This document shows, piece after piece, positions 25,947-39,697 of a DNA stretch of 64,000 nt (position 1 is the stretch's first letter; every line of letters starts with the position of its first letter). Location of the stretch: positions 109,120,001 through 109,184,000 of the forward strand of contig NC_043000.1 of assembly GCF_006345805.1 (NCBI RefSeq), given 5' to 3'. The DNA is from Octopus sinensis (taxonomy: Eukaryota). A program made the translations under genes and the position numbers. The notes under the pieces are model-generated. The model ran no database searches. It was not told where the DNA came from and saw only the letters and a program-made list of their open reading frames with translations.

Positions 25947-27236
25947 CGAGGGGCGTTCAATAAGTAATGCCCCTGACCCACTTCCCATAGCAGTAGAGCA
26001 ACGAAACTTGGCACAGTTATTAGTCTTTTTCTACATAGGAACCACCCAGAGTTACGCATTTCTCCCATTGTTTGATGCAGCTCTGGAGACCGTTTTTATA
26101 GAAGACCCCAGCTTGGTCCTCCAACCTGAAAGCGACTTCAGAAATCAAGGCTGCATCATCTGGGAAACGCTTTCCTTTCAAAAACAACTTCATGACTGGG
26201 AAGAGGTGAAAATCAGAGGGTGCAAGGTCAGGAAAGTAGGGGGATGGGGGAGGAGTTCATAGCCATACGCCTGTGCTTCTGATCTGGCGACAAGCGAGTT
26301 GTGGACCGGAGCGTTGTCCTGCAGGAGGAGGATGCCTTTGCTGATCTTGCCCCGCCTCTTGATTTTGATAACTTCTCTTAATTTCCTCAAAAGTGAAGCA
26401 TAATAGGCTCCTGCAATTGTGGTACCCTTTGCCAGGAAATCTGTCATCACTACTCCATCCTGGTCCCAGAAGACTGTGAGCATGACCTTGCCAGCGGAGG
26501 GCTGCACCCTTGCCTTCTTTGGAGCGGGTGAGTCACGGTGCTTCCACTGCATTGACTGGGCTTTGGTCTCTGGATCATCGTGATGGACCCAGGTTTCATC
26601 CGGAGTAATCAGTCTTTTGAAAAATTTTGACTCATCTTCTTGGCACATCTCCAAATTCACCCTCGAGCACTCGACGCGTTCTTGCTTCTGGAAAGGCGTG
26701 AGCAACCTGGGAATCCATCTGGCAGATACCTTTTGCATATGCAAATGGTCATGAATGATAGTTTCCACAGACCCGGTACTAATCTTGACCTCATGGGCTA
26801 TTTGGCGAATAGTTATGCGTCGATCTTCCAAAATGGCAGCCTCAACTTGACGGACAGATGCCTCATCAATGGCAGAAGGGGGCGACCAGATCTGGGAGCT
26901 GTTTCCACAGAGTTCCAACCATGTTTGAATTCACGATGCCAGCGTTTTACAAGGTCATATGATGGGGCATCATCACCATAAGTTACTTTCATTTCATCAA
27001 AGTCTCCCGTGGTGTGCGTCCTTTCAAATACAAAATCCGGATCACTGCTCGACACCAACAGGCTCCATTTAACACTTGACTCGGTTCAAACACCTGTAAA
27101 TCAGAAAGCACAATTAATTCAGTGCTGTAATTTGCCACTAACTCTATAGAGATATAAATAATTGCCACATGCAAAATTTCAGCTACATCAACCAACTGCA
27201 AGTGGGTCAGAGGCATTACTTATTGAACGTCCCTCG
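25947..27236 (-). mobile_element. Full-length (~1.29 kb) mariner transposon with frameshifted transposase
   Basis: TA-flanked TIRs CGAGGGGCGTTCAATAAGTAATGCC / GGCATTACTTATTGAACGTCCCTCG; WIPRLL, DETW, QDNAPVH motifs; frameshifts near 26880 and at the YSPDL region. Confidence 0.95.
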
Positions 27237-27293
27237 TATTATATATGTATAATATATATATAGATATATATATATCTATATATATATATATAT

Positions 27294-27338
<45 letters not shown>

Positions 27339-27626
27339 TATATTTAGTGTAACTATCTTTAAAAGACATCGATTGACCTTTAGAATGAAAAAAGGGGTTT
27401 AAATAAGGGTTATCTCCCTTCCTCTGTTCGGTGTTGGCGTATAAATAAAAATTGATATCGTTTATATCCTTACAACTAGATTTCATGTTTCGATAAACCT
27501 GGAGTTTCTACCTTTAAAAACATGGAGTTTAGCCCATTTTACTTGTGTTATTTTTTTGCTACCCTGGTAACTATTTATCTATTTTTTCCGTGTTAATTGT
27601 AAACAAGGGAAATATACACACACCTC

Positions 27627-27689
<63 letters not shown>

Positions 27690-27698
27690 GTCTATCTG

Positions 27699-27793
<95 letters not shown>

Positions 27794-28488
27794 CATACAT
27801 ACAAAATACATATATATATATATGTATGTATGAATGTATATCTATGTATGTATATATTTATACATGTGTACGTAACTATAAGGGGAGAGAGAGGGGTGAG
27901 AGAAAGTGAGATAGACAGACAGAGAAAAAGAGACAAATACCTGTATGTAAAATGCCATACAAAAATTAAGAATTTCTAATTTCTGTCTCTTGACCATTCA
28001 TCATAATTTCCTCGGCCATTAGTGCTTTGTATAATTCAAAGTCGTTTGGTTCCTGCAGAATAGGTCGGACAATTGTCGTGGTGATAAAAGCTATTGAACA
28101 AGAGACACGTGGCCATACGGTAAGAATGTGCTTTTCCATAACGGAATGCCAAATTTGGAAATTTGTTGAATCTTGAGATTATCTCCCTTTCTCATTTGGA
28201 TCTGGTTTTAATCGTCATTTAGCAATTGTGATACATTCTCTAGAGGCGGCGATAATTTCAAGATGTCAAGAATTTATGTTGTACGGTATTGACATACGGC
28301 TATTGGTTGAAATACATTCAAATACATACCATAACCACTTTCAGAGGTTTCAATTAGCTCAGTTTTGTTTATACACACACATACACAGCACAAACATCCG
28401 TACATACATAAGATCACGATCTCTGGGACTATAACTATCTGCAAAACTTTCTTAGGGTTCAAAGGATGGCGGTTAAACCAAGACACTT

Positions 28489-28620
28489 TGCCTTTCATCC
28501 TTTCGGGGTCGATAAATTAAGTACCAGTTACGCACTGGGGTCGATGTAATCGACTTAATACCTATGTCTGTCCTTGTTTGTCCCCTCTGTGTTTAGCCCC
28601 TTGTGGGTAATAAAGAAATA
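28489..28620 (+). mobile_element. 5'-truncated Nin/Deu-like SINE with 18-bp target-site duplication
   Basis: GGTTAAACCAAGACACTT at 28471-28488 and 28621-28638. Confidence 0.85.
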
Positions 28621-29024
28621 GGTTAAACCAAGACACTTCCCTTCACAAGCTTGCTACAAAGCCGAAGACCGGTCAGAGTTGACTCAAATTAAAAATAGAA
28701 AGAGAAGACATTGTTTGTATCATAAAAATTTAGAAACTTCGAGAGAGGTCAAATAGTTCGATTTTAAGGGTGTAACTCGAAGTAGATGAAGCTATGAATA
28801 ATTGCTTGCAAATATTGCGGGTAAAAACGCTTTGGATAGGAAAAGTCAAAGACTGCCCTGGGTCTTTGACTTAGTATTTACTAGTTGTTATTTATAGATC
28901 TATTTCGAGTTCTATAATTGAAAACCACTCTCTCACACACACAAACACACACATATACACACAGAAACACACACACACACACACACACAAACATATATAT
29001 ATATATATGTTTATATATATATAT

Positions 29025-29067
<43 letters not shown>

Positions 29068-29068
29068 T

Positions 29069-29122
<54 letters not shown>

Positions 29123-29123
29123 T

Positions 29124-29154
<31 letters not shown>

Positions 29155-29155
29155 G

Positions 29156-29207
<52 letters not shown>

Positions 29208-29347
29208 TATCCATTTTTACGGATACAGCGATAACCGCAAAGACAGCGGCACAACAACTGACCAACAACAAAATTATATTGTTAGCAAATAAGACCAGGC
29301 ATTATTGTAGCTATGAGTTGTTTAGGCTCTTATTTCTAGCAATACTG

Positions 29348-29382
<35 letters not shown>

Positions 29383-30028
29383 CATATGTGTGTGTGTATG
29401 TATGTGCGTGTGTGTATGTATGTATGTATGTATGTATGTACGCATGTGTGTATTTTTATACATAGTGTGTATGTGCATATCTGTCGTCTTCAAAGAAGAA
29501 AAGATTATAAATTAAATCAATCTTAATGACAAACAGAGCGTAACAGTCCCTACTAAGATAAGGTCGCTGTTAGGCCATAAACGGTAGAATGATGACGATA
29601 ATGATAATAATAATAATAATAATAATAATATAATAATAATAATAATAATATAATAATAATAATAATAATTATAATAATAACAATAATAATAATAATAATA
29701 TGGTCAGTGGTGCGATAAGTATCAAGGTAGAATTTTAGTCATTGTAAGACAATTTTTTGAAAGACTTTTCCTTGTCATAGTCTATTTTGTTATCGACATT
29801 CTCTGTAAGAAACCCGCTGAATAAAAGATAAGGCAGATAAAGATAAGAAAAAAAAGAAAATTTCCAAGATTAAGGGCGCGAAAAGATCTTTGTTAGTTTG
29901 ACAGCTAACACGCAGTGGATCTTAATCTATTTATTCACGCGCGCCGGCGCGCATGCACACATGTATGCGTGCATACATAAATGCCTATCTGTCTTTCTGT
30001 GTGTGTGTTATATATATATATAATATAT

Positions 30029-30061
<33 letters not shown>

Positions 30062-30486
30062 ATATATATGTGTGTGTGTATGTGGGTGTGGGTGTATGAG
30101 TGAGTGTATATATTATATATATATATATATAATATATATTTATATATATATAGTTGAAAATATGTGGAAACAAATATATAAGTGGAAGAGAAATGCCTTC
30201 GTTTCATATAGTTTAATATATTTTTATAAATATAAGCATATTATATGGATGTCATGAAATCCAACCGGTTTTCGCTATTCAAATTAGCTTTACAAGGGAG
30301 ATTGTAGAGTAATCAGAAGATAAGAAGAATTCTTCTTATTCAAAGATCCAAAATGACGAGACCCCTCTGTCACGAGAACTGATTACTGTACAATGTCCCT
30401 TGGAATGTGTGTGTGTGTGTGTGTGTGTATGTGTGTGTGTATACATATATATATGTACATATACATATATATATATATACATATAC

Positions 30487-30593
<107 letters not shown>

Positions 30594-30692
30594 CAACAAT
30601 TGAGGGTAAAATTAATTAATTATTAATCAATTCCACCAAGTATTCATATGTAAAGGGACCATTTAAGGCGAATTCAAATTATTACATTATAT

Positions 30693-31045
30693 AAAAGGGC
30701 TCGTAAAATAAATTACTTTGCACATACTGAACTCATTAGAAATAGCAGCTAAAAAAATTTGTTTAAACTATTTCTAATACTTAAAGAAAATCTCTCTCAT
30801 ATAGTATTTGCTCTGAGCTGACGAAAGAAATGTCGATTTGACTAATCTAGAAACGTACGTTCTCAAATAACCTTTGCATTTGTGATTTTAATGTTTTCAC
30901 CCCCATACCTTCGTGAGTTGACTTGAGCAAACACTATATGAGAGAGATTTTCTTTAAGTATTAGAAATAGTTAAAAAAAATTTTTTAGCTGCTATTCTAA
31001 TGAGTTCAGTATGTGGCAAAGTAATTTATTTTACTCAGCCCTTTT
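30693..31045. repeat. Inverted repeat (~120-bp arms) enclosing an HHR, within TA arrays
   Basis: AAAAGGGCT...ATAGTATTTGCTC (30693-30813) is mirrored by GAGCAAACACTAT...AGCCCTTTT (30925-31045). Confidence 0.85.
30814..30865 (+). ncRNA. Minimal type I hammerhead ribozyme
   Basis: TGAG CTGACGA a-AGA..GTC..GAC..TCT-a GAAA CGTACG TT CTCA; helix III palindrome ACGTACGT. Confidence 0.7.
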
Positions 31046-31058
31046 ATTAATATATATA

Positions 31059-31109
<51 letters not shown>

Positions 31110-31132
31110 ATATATCTATATATATTATAATA

Positions 31133-32384
31133 TTGGATTGGCAACTAAGTTCCCGCCGTTTTTAAATTTTAGAATTTATTGCGTTTTTAAATTTTGGAAT
31201 CTATTTTTTTCGAGAATTCTATTTTTGAATCATTTTGAAATCTTTTTTTTTTCCAGTTAACTTTAGTCAATTTTTGTTTATTTTCGGATCATTAAAATGG
31301 AATGTCAAGTTAAGAAAAACGAACATTTTCTACACCTCCTTTCCTTTTGCTTTTACTCAAGGTTCTAAGGCCGCGAAAGCTGCTCAAGACACTTGTGCTG
31401 TGTATGGAGAGGGTGCTAGAGCTGAAAGAACTGCTCGTGATTGGTATGCCAAGTTCAAAATTGGAAATTTTGACCTCAAAGACGCACCTCGTTCTGGCCG
31501 TCCAGTTGAGTTAGATGAAAAGCGATTAAACCAACTTTTGCACGAAAATTCTCATCAAACGACAAGGGAACTCACACTGCTATAGAGAAGCATCATCACC
31601 CGATGGGAAAGGTTCAGAAGTATGGAGCTTGGGTTCCGAATGCTTTAAGTGACGACTCACAATCTCCGCTGGTTTGCTTGCTCGTCACCACTCAACTCAT
31701 GGACACAAGCAACGATTTCTTTACCGAATCGTTACTGGCGACGAAAAATGGTGACTGTACATAAATATGAAGCAGCGTAAGGAATGGCTTAGCCCCGGTA
31801 AACAAGCGACACCGCGCGTGAAACAAGATCTCCATCCGCATAAAATGATGTTGTACGTATAGTGGGACTGGGAAGGGATTATCCATTACGAATTGCTTGA
31901 ACGGAACCAAACGGTCAACGCGGAACTCTATGTTCCACAGATGGAACGACTCAACACGGCTATTCAAGAGAAAAGACCTAATCGTCAGCATAGAGTTCTT
32001 CTGCTGCACGACAATGCCCGCCCTCATATCACCAATATGACCAAAGAAGCCATTCAAAAGCATGGCTGGGAAGTGCTGCCACATCTGCCGTACTCTCCTG
32101 ATTTGGCACCAACGGATTTCCACCTCTTTCGATCTCTTTCAAATGTTATGCGCAGAGTTTCGTTCAATTCTGATGCAGAATTGAGAGCTTGGTTGGATCA
32201 ATTTTTCGAGTCTAAATCGGGTGATTTCTACAAAACGAGGTATTGAAAATCTTGTTGAATATTGGGAAGAAGTTGTAAACAACAAGGGCGAATACATTAT
32301 TGATTAATTAGTTGTTATTTTTTATTAAACCTTTTAAGCAATTTAATTTTTAAAAAAACGGCGGGAACTTAGTTGCCAACCCAA
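31133..32384 (+). mobile_element. Mariner transposon (TIR resembling the mellifera subfamily), disrupted transposase ~31297-32307
   Basis: TIRs TTGG.TTGGCAACTAAGTTCCCGCCG; PRSGRP, WVP, VTGDEKW, HDNARPH, YSPDLAPTDFHLF. Confidence 0.95.
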
Positions 32385-32442
32385 TTTATATATGCATATA
32401 TATATATATGTGTATATATATATATATATATTATATATATAT

Positions 32443-32480
<38 letters not shown>

Positions 32481-33590
32481 TACATATATATATATATGCA
32501 TATATAAATTGGGTTGGCAACTAAGTTCCGCCGTTTTTTTTAAAAATTAAATTGCTTAAAAGGTTTAATAAAAAATAACAACTAATTAATCAATAATGTA
32601 TATTAACAACTAATTAATCAATAATATATATATATATATATATATATTTAAAATTCACTGTGCCTTTTGGTTTTAAACGTTGGGATTGGGGAAATAAAGT
32701 ATTACAATATTTTTCGTAAGTTAAAATTAAAATATTTTTAATAAATTCTTTCTTTACTTGACTTTATTTTCATTTCAGTTTATATTTATCTTCTCTGCTA
32801 AATTTCATTAAAGGTTACAAGAAACGCTTATTTGATTCTCAATGATATAATTTTGTTCATGTTTTTCATTTATTCTATTCGTTTCACTTTAGTGAAACTA
32901 TTTTTACTGGTTCATGCCTTTGTAGCTCTGTTCTTCTGTTAATCGTTTTTGAAATTTGAATACATTTTACCTTTCCCAGACATGACATAATGATGGAGTG
33001 CCAAGGAGGAAACATAAGTATCTTCGACATCTGTTTCTCTTCGCTTCCACTCAAGATTCCAAAGCTACCTAAGCTGCTCGAGACATCGCTCCAAGGAGGG
33101 GAAATTTAACGTTGTAGATTCTGGCTGACTCGTTCAGATCAATGAGGATCGATTAGATGAGCTTACTCAAGGGACCCCCGCCGCCAATCTACTGAGGAAT
33201 TGGCTCAGCAGATTGGATATTCTCATGATATCCTAACCCGTCACCTTAACCTGATGGGCTCTCAGTTGAAAGATCCGACCGGTGATGCGACGTACTTCTT
33301 CAACATGACATAAGCTCGCCCTCATGCTGCTAATTTGTCCGAAAATGGCGTAGAAAGACACAGCCAGGAAGTTCCAGCATGCCCTCCGTATTCTGCTTAT
33401 GTAGCGCCTTCAGATTATTACCCTTTTTCGGTTGCGCTCCAACAGTTTGTGAGGCGATTCTTTCGACAACGACGTGGAGCTGAAAACATGGCTCCATGAA
33501 TTCTTCGAATGAAGACCCAATGATTTCTACGGTCAAGGCATTGACAAGCGAACAGAACGATGGCATTAAGCCGTGAACAATGGAGAACAT

Positions 33591-33744
33591 AATTTACATA
33601 ATTTACATTATTTACATATGACGGATATTTGTCCTCATCTTGTTTGTTGTAAATACAACGTTTCGGCTGATTTACCCTCCAGCCTTCATCAGTTGTCTTG
33701 GGGAAATTTCGAATCTGGGTTCTCATTCCTAAGGTGTTTTTTGA

Positions 33745-33815
<71 letters not shown>

Positions 33816-33891
33816 TCACTGCCTGGAATTGAACTCGGAATCTTGGGGTTAGTAGCCCGCACTCTTAACCAATACGCTATATGTCCGTGGG
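33591..33891 (-). mobile_element. tRNA-headed SINE carrying a hammerhead ribozyme and a 9-bp tandem tail
   Basis: Minus strand: A-box TAGCGTATTGG, anticodon arm GGG-CTACTAA-CCC, B-box GAGTTCAATTCC, (AAT)n, HHR, tail ATGTAAAT.. x3; CAT on both flanks. Confidence 0.75.
33650..33697 (-). ncRNA. Minimal type I hammerhead ribozyme, canonical core
   Basis: aa CTGATGA a GGCTGG agggtaaa TCAGCC GAAA C gtt G TA tt; stem I short. Confidence 0.7.
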
Positions 33892-34476
33892 CATCTCTTG
33901 AATATAGAACTGAATGAAAGAAAATATTTTACTGAGGGATTTATTAAAATCGTTGTTGAAAAGTGAGGATTAAAGTAAATGGAAGAAAAATGAAAGGAAC
34001 TAATTTTACACCCCAAAATAAATCAAGGTTTTTCATTTTAAAAACAAAAATTTGATAAATATGTTCACCCTGTTCTATTGAGTCGCCTTCATATAACATT
34101 CTTCTAAACAAACATTACGTTTCAACGTTGTTTTTGGAAGGATTGGCAGCATTTTGGCCTCTTCTTCCAAAGAAATAGATTAGATGAAAAGAACATTCTC
34201 TACGTGACCCACTCAACAAGAATTCAATCTTTACCACAAATCAACTTCAGAATTAGAAAAGCAATTAAAGACAATTAACAGTATCCTCGGTATTCCACAG
34301 ATCTTGTGGAATCCCACCGGAATTTCTATTACGTTGCACGTATCATAGGAGCTGTGGGTTATCTTTTTGATCGCCCCGTGCTCAGCAAGTGTTTTTCATG
34401 CCTTCACTTCAGGATATATTCTGGCAATCATGCAAGTAGATTTTAAGTATTTCCACCTGGTGATTTATCAATAGAA

Positions 34477-34507
<31 letters not shown>

Positions 34508-34854
34508 TGGGGTGAGAGACAGACAGAGAGACAGCCGGAGAGAAAGAGAAAATTCATGCTGGCTAAGCAGAGTTTGCTCACTTTGGGTATTAATTTGCAG
34601 GGAAATTGAGCTGTAATTTGTCTGTTGGTGTAAAACACATCATTCCTAACCACACATGGTCACAAACACACATACACACACCACACACACACACACACAC
34701 ACACCACACACACACACACGCACTTACACCTACATATAATGCACGCGCAATCAAACATGCATACATAAACACTCGTATAGCCATCAGGTATCAACATATC
34801 AAAAGTATCAATTACCCATAATTCCAAATATTTGATAGGAATGAAATCAACATT

Positions 34855-35005
34855 GACTGCGTGGTAAGAAGTTTGCTTCTCAACCAGATCGCTCCTGCTT
34901 CAGTCCCATTGCGTCGCAAATTGGGCATCTGTCTTCTACTGTAGCCTCGGGTCGGCCAAAGCCTTGTGAGTAGATTTGGTGAACGGAAACTGAAAGAAGC
35001 CCGTA
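34855..35005 (+). mobile_element. SINE 5' half (family of 15388/20000)
   Basis: GTGGTAAGAAGTTTGCTT...TTCAGTCCCA...AAAGCCTTGTGAGT.GATTTGG. Confidence 0.7.
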
Positions 35006-35034
35006 ATATATATATATATATAATATATATATGA

Positions 35035-35219
35035 TAGATCGGTAGCCACTACAGACATTTTTTCTCTCCTTGTTTCCGTGTTTTTTTTCTGTGTCCCTTT
35101 CTGTAGAAGAGCGTAGGCTCGAAACATAAAAGACTTTTTCAACTCCTGAGCGTTATACTAATACATCTGTTGGTTTTGTACACCACCTGTCTCCGTCATT
35201 TGTTTTATTCGTGAACTCT

Positions 35220-35222
<3 letters not shown>
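35035..35222 (+). mobile_element. TA-embedded pLTR-like fragment with decayed HHR
   Basis: CTGTAGA a GAGC gtag GCTC GAAAC at 35101-35125; flanked by TA arrays. Confidence 0.45.
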
Positions 35223-35263
<41 letters not shown>

Positions 35264-35264
35264 T

Positions 35265-35328
<64 letters not shown>

Positions 35329-36345
35329 TTTGAAAAAATGTGTGGTAAATAAACGAACGACATAACTTGTACTGAGTGTACAATTGGATAGGAAACAAAC
35401 ACAGAAGGTCCCTAATTCTTCCTCAGTTATCAACCAGTTGGGAATACTCAGTTTCGCACCATTAATGATAAGACTGACAGCTTTCCATGTTGGCGGTGCC
35501 TGCAAATATATATATTTTTTTTTTGGTGGGGGGGAGAATTCAGGGCCGAGAGCAAACAAAACTAGCAAAACATCAGAGTAGGATTTACGATGGTGGACGT
35601 GGACGAACAGACAAGCAAAATACGGTCATAGGGCCAAGAAAACTAGAATAGTGGGTAATGCTTAGAATATATCCATCCTTTAGGATATTTTCTAAGCATT
35701 AGGGACCAGGTTAGTTTATGTATAGTTACCGAAAGAACACTGGGTGAAAATTTCTTAATACAGATAATTTAAGGGCATGTATAAACTGTTAATTTAAGAC
35801 GTGTATTTATAACAATAATATATTTAACAAAACAGAATATGGATGGTAAGTCAGATTAATACTCTTGTCCGTGTTATCTTAGTGGTTGTCTTTTGAGATG
35901 TGACATCGATCATCGCTTGTTACTGAAAGAACACTGGTTCATACATACAAACATTCACATATTTCCCCTGTACAAGCACACACATACACATATACTCACA
36001 GGGTTGAAACGCTGTTTGATTTTTTTCCCCGTAGAGTTTCCATCATCCCACTACCAGTTTGCCATCACCCCTTCCTTCCTTCCTTCCTTATTCATCTGTT
36101 CTGACGGAGAAAAGCACAAGAGTATTGTTATAGAAGGTTATTGGCTTCGATATGTACGTTCATCTTGTCAAATATAAAATGTTCAAAGTGAAAGATTAGG
36201 AAAAAATTGAAAATGAAATCAGTTTATTCTCATATTTTGTGATTATTCTTAACTACGCAGAGACTATGAGAACAAATTGTTTCAATTTAAAAGTGAATAT
36301 ATTGTATCGAGATCTCTGGTTCGTTTCCTTTATATTCCCTTAACT

Positions 36346-36737
36346 GTGGAGGCGCAATGGCCCAGTGGTTAGGGCAGCGGACTCGCGGTCATAGGATCGC
36401 GGTTTCGATTCCCAGACCGGGCGTTGTGAGTGTTTATTGAGCGAAAACACCTAAAGCTCCACGAGGCTCCGGCAGGGGATGGTGGTGATCCCTGCTGTAC
36501 TCTTTCACCACAACTTTCTCTCACTCTTCCTTCCTGTTTCTGTTGTACCTGTATTTCAAAGGGCCGGCCTTGTCACTCTCTGTGTCACGCTGAATATCCG
36601 CGAGAACTACGTTAAGGGTACACGTGTCTGTGGAGTGCTCAGCCACTTACACGTGAATTTCACGAGCAGGCTGTTCCGTTGATTCGGATCAACCGGAACC
36701 CTCGTCGTCGTAACCGACGGAGTGCTTCCATCCATTC
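36346..36737 (+). mobile_element. Full-length tRNA(Arg)-like SINE with 12-bp TSD
   Basis: TGGCCCAGTGG A-box, CTCGCG loop, GGTTTCGATTCC B-box; TSD ATTCCCTTAACT at 36334-36345 and 36738-36749. Confidence 0.9.
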
Positions 36738-37412
36738 ATTCCCTTAACTAGCCTGCAAATTCCGCGAACTCATCATTTTTTTTTCTTTAGATAAAACATT
36801 AAAAGGGTAACCTAAAAATGTGCATATTTTAGCGTACATGAGTTGCTGCTTGGAAAGATTTTGTTAAGCAATATTGAATATAGAATATAAAATATAGAAT
36901 ATGGCATGTTTATCCTTGCGGTGTAGAGTTTTCATTTACACAAACTGAACAATATCTTTCAGTTCGGGGCCAACCAATTTCACCATTTTCTGTTTTGAGT
37001 TAAACTTTATACTAAAAGTCATTAAATTATTTTAGTTAGCCATAAATCATCATCCTCATCAACACCAACATCATTATCATCATCATCATCATCATTATTA
37101 TTATTATTAATGAGTTAGTAATCGGATGGACTTCAATTCGTCTGAATACAACGAAAATAACATCTCTTAATTCATTAGTGTCATATATAAATGATAGATT
37201 ATCAGTCTCGTTCATACTTGTAGGTCTTCCAGTATGACTAATTTCAATTAACGTTAGTCAATCTTCTGCTTGTTCTACTCCTCATACTCCCTTAAAATAC
37301 AGTTTTTAGTTATTAGAGCCTCGTAACTAGTCGCGTACGTTATAGAATTTATATATATATATATTTATAGAATTTGTATATATATATATATATATACATA
37401 TATATATGTATG

Positions 37413-37496
<84 letters not shown>

Positions 37497-37506
37497 TATA
37501 TGTATG

Positions 37507-37557
<51 letters not shown>

Positions 37558-39464
37558 GAAGTAATTTTATATAATATAAAATGGATTGTTTTACGAAAAA
37601 ATATCCTGTTTTCTTTTTATGAAGATAAATTTGAAGAGTTCTGAAAAGAGAAAATGTGAAGACATCACATAAGGAAAACATTAAGGAGATGATTTTTAAT
37701 TTAATATGAAAAACAACAAATATTTTGTAAAAATATATTCTTAAAGAGATATTGACCGTGGTAGAAATAAAAAACTACAACATTGTCGAGTAGTCAAGAA
37801 GTTCGCTTCGCAGAGTGGTCTACATTTTGACGCAACTGCAAAGCATTTTGTTCGAGTGTGCAACTGGTACCTAATCCTTCTGAATGAAACTGGGTAGGCA
37901 AGAGTTTTGTGGAACCTCATCAAATTAAATATTTTTGTTCATGGTGATAGACGAAATCCGTAGCCTGGTTAAAAGTCACCACCTTTATCTAGGATGTCTC
38001 TAGTGCATTCCATCCGGCTGCAGGCGTTAATTCCAGGTTCCTGCTCCGAGAAAAACGGTTGAATCATGGCTCCTTCTTTTTCTCTCAACTATTGTCACAG
38101 AACCTAAAATTTGAGGGTTAATAAGCGATGCAACTCCCTTGCAAACCAACCCATAAAAACAAAGTGGTATATAAATCGCGTCTGGCATTGTGAAGTGTTA
38201 GTTATCTCCCTTTGTATTAATGGTCACCCAGAGAGTGTGAAACGTGGTATATATAATGATTTCGGAGTAGCAGGATCTCCGTCGATTTCGACGATAAGTA
38301 CCCTGTTCAAGCATCAACTGAATTACCTACTCATTGAATTAGCATATATTTAGCTGAGAATCCCACTGACCACTATACTCATAACAAACGTAAATCCCAT
38401 GTCAAATTAGGGTTACCCAGTGTGACGCGGCTACACGTTTGAATTACTGGTACAGTTCGTCCGACAGACCTCCATACAGTTTCTGTCAAGCTAGTTTTAA
38501 TCACAAAAATCGGGTTGACCCGAATGCACGGCAAAAAAAAAGAAAAGAAAAAAACCCCGCTTGACCCAGATTCCATGCTGTGAGATAGAACTCCAGACCT
38601 CACGATTGCGAAATAAATTTCGTAACCATTTGACAGTGATGTCTTCATTCAGATTAACGGTAAATTAATACAGTTCCACAAGGGACCAATGCAAATATTT
38701 TATTGCTAGAATTAGATTTTAAAAAATTTGTTCTCAGTTATTCAGACACCAGAGATAATTCGACCAGGGTGGGCATGTGGCCAAAATGATGGAGCCTCGG
38801 CCAGTTAGCTGAAGTGTTGTAAACTTGTATCTTGTCATCAACATTGCACCGTGTTCACAGCAAAGGTACTTAAGTCACAATGACCCAGACTACTTATCTA
38901 TAAATATCAAGTGTGAGGTAGTGCAGTTTATCGAGTGAACACTGACATTGTACGTGTTTCATTTAAGTGTTCCTTCTAGCTTGGTGGTCCACGATGGAAA
39001 AAAAAACTCACCGCTATTTAAATTCTTTCTCTATCAAGTCATTTTATACGAAAGAAAAACACGGAAGAAGAACATGGAAACCATTCTTAGTCGGAGAATT
39101 GATTTAGAGCGAAATATAGAGCAGTTTTCTTGCACAAATTTACTCTCACTTAAAATACCAATACATTATTCAATTTGCATCATTATTCATAAACTCCATC
39201 TAAATTGAAATTCGACGTGATGTAAAGCAAAAACCTCTGCAATATTTCCAGGTCTCTCCCTCCCCCCTCTCTCTCTCTCTTTCTTTCTTTAATGAGTTTT
39301 TAACGTATAGCTAAATACCTGTACACGTCATAGCAGTATCAATATAGCATGGTAGCACAAGAGAAAGCGACTGATTAGGAAGTTTCCAACTTCATGTTGC
39401 CCTGATTTGCAAATGATGAGCAAAAGGTTAGCGTCGGACGAAGCAGGATCTTTTAGCGTTTACC

Positions 39465-39664
39465 GGTTTCAGTTATTGGATTATAGCTACGACAATAAAT
39501 CGCCTTGAAGTGTTTAGTCGAACAAATCTAGACCAGTACCTACTTTTTAAATCTAGTCTGGTACTTATTCTATCGGTCACCCTTACGCCGAACTGATACG
39601 TTAAAAAACGTAAACAAACCAATATCGGTTTCCAAACGGCGGTGGGGCAAAACACATAATCATG

Positions 39665-39697
<33 letters not shown>

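Larger units (their letters stand above)
32680..34020 (+). mobile_element. Highly decayed mariner related to 31133-32384, interrupted by a SINE
   Basis: ATGGAGTGCCAAG...AAGCTGCTCGAGACA and CATGACATAAGCTCGCCCTCAT parallel the neighbouring transposase; TIR-like ends are decayed. Confidence 0.55.

Noticed and set aside
36346-36425. Possible tRNA-Arg gene (also 45131, 61943 and 33815-33891)
   Set aside because: Acceptor stem does not pair properly and each continues into a repeated body, one with a TSD, so these are SINE heads.
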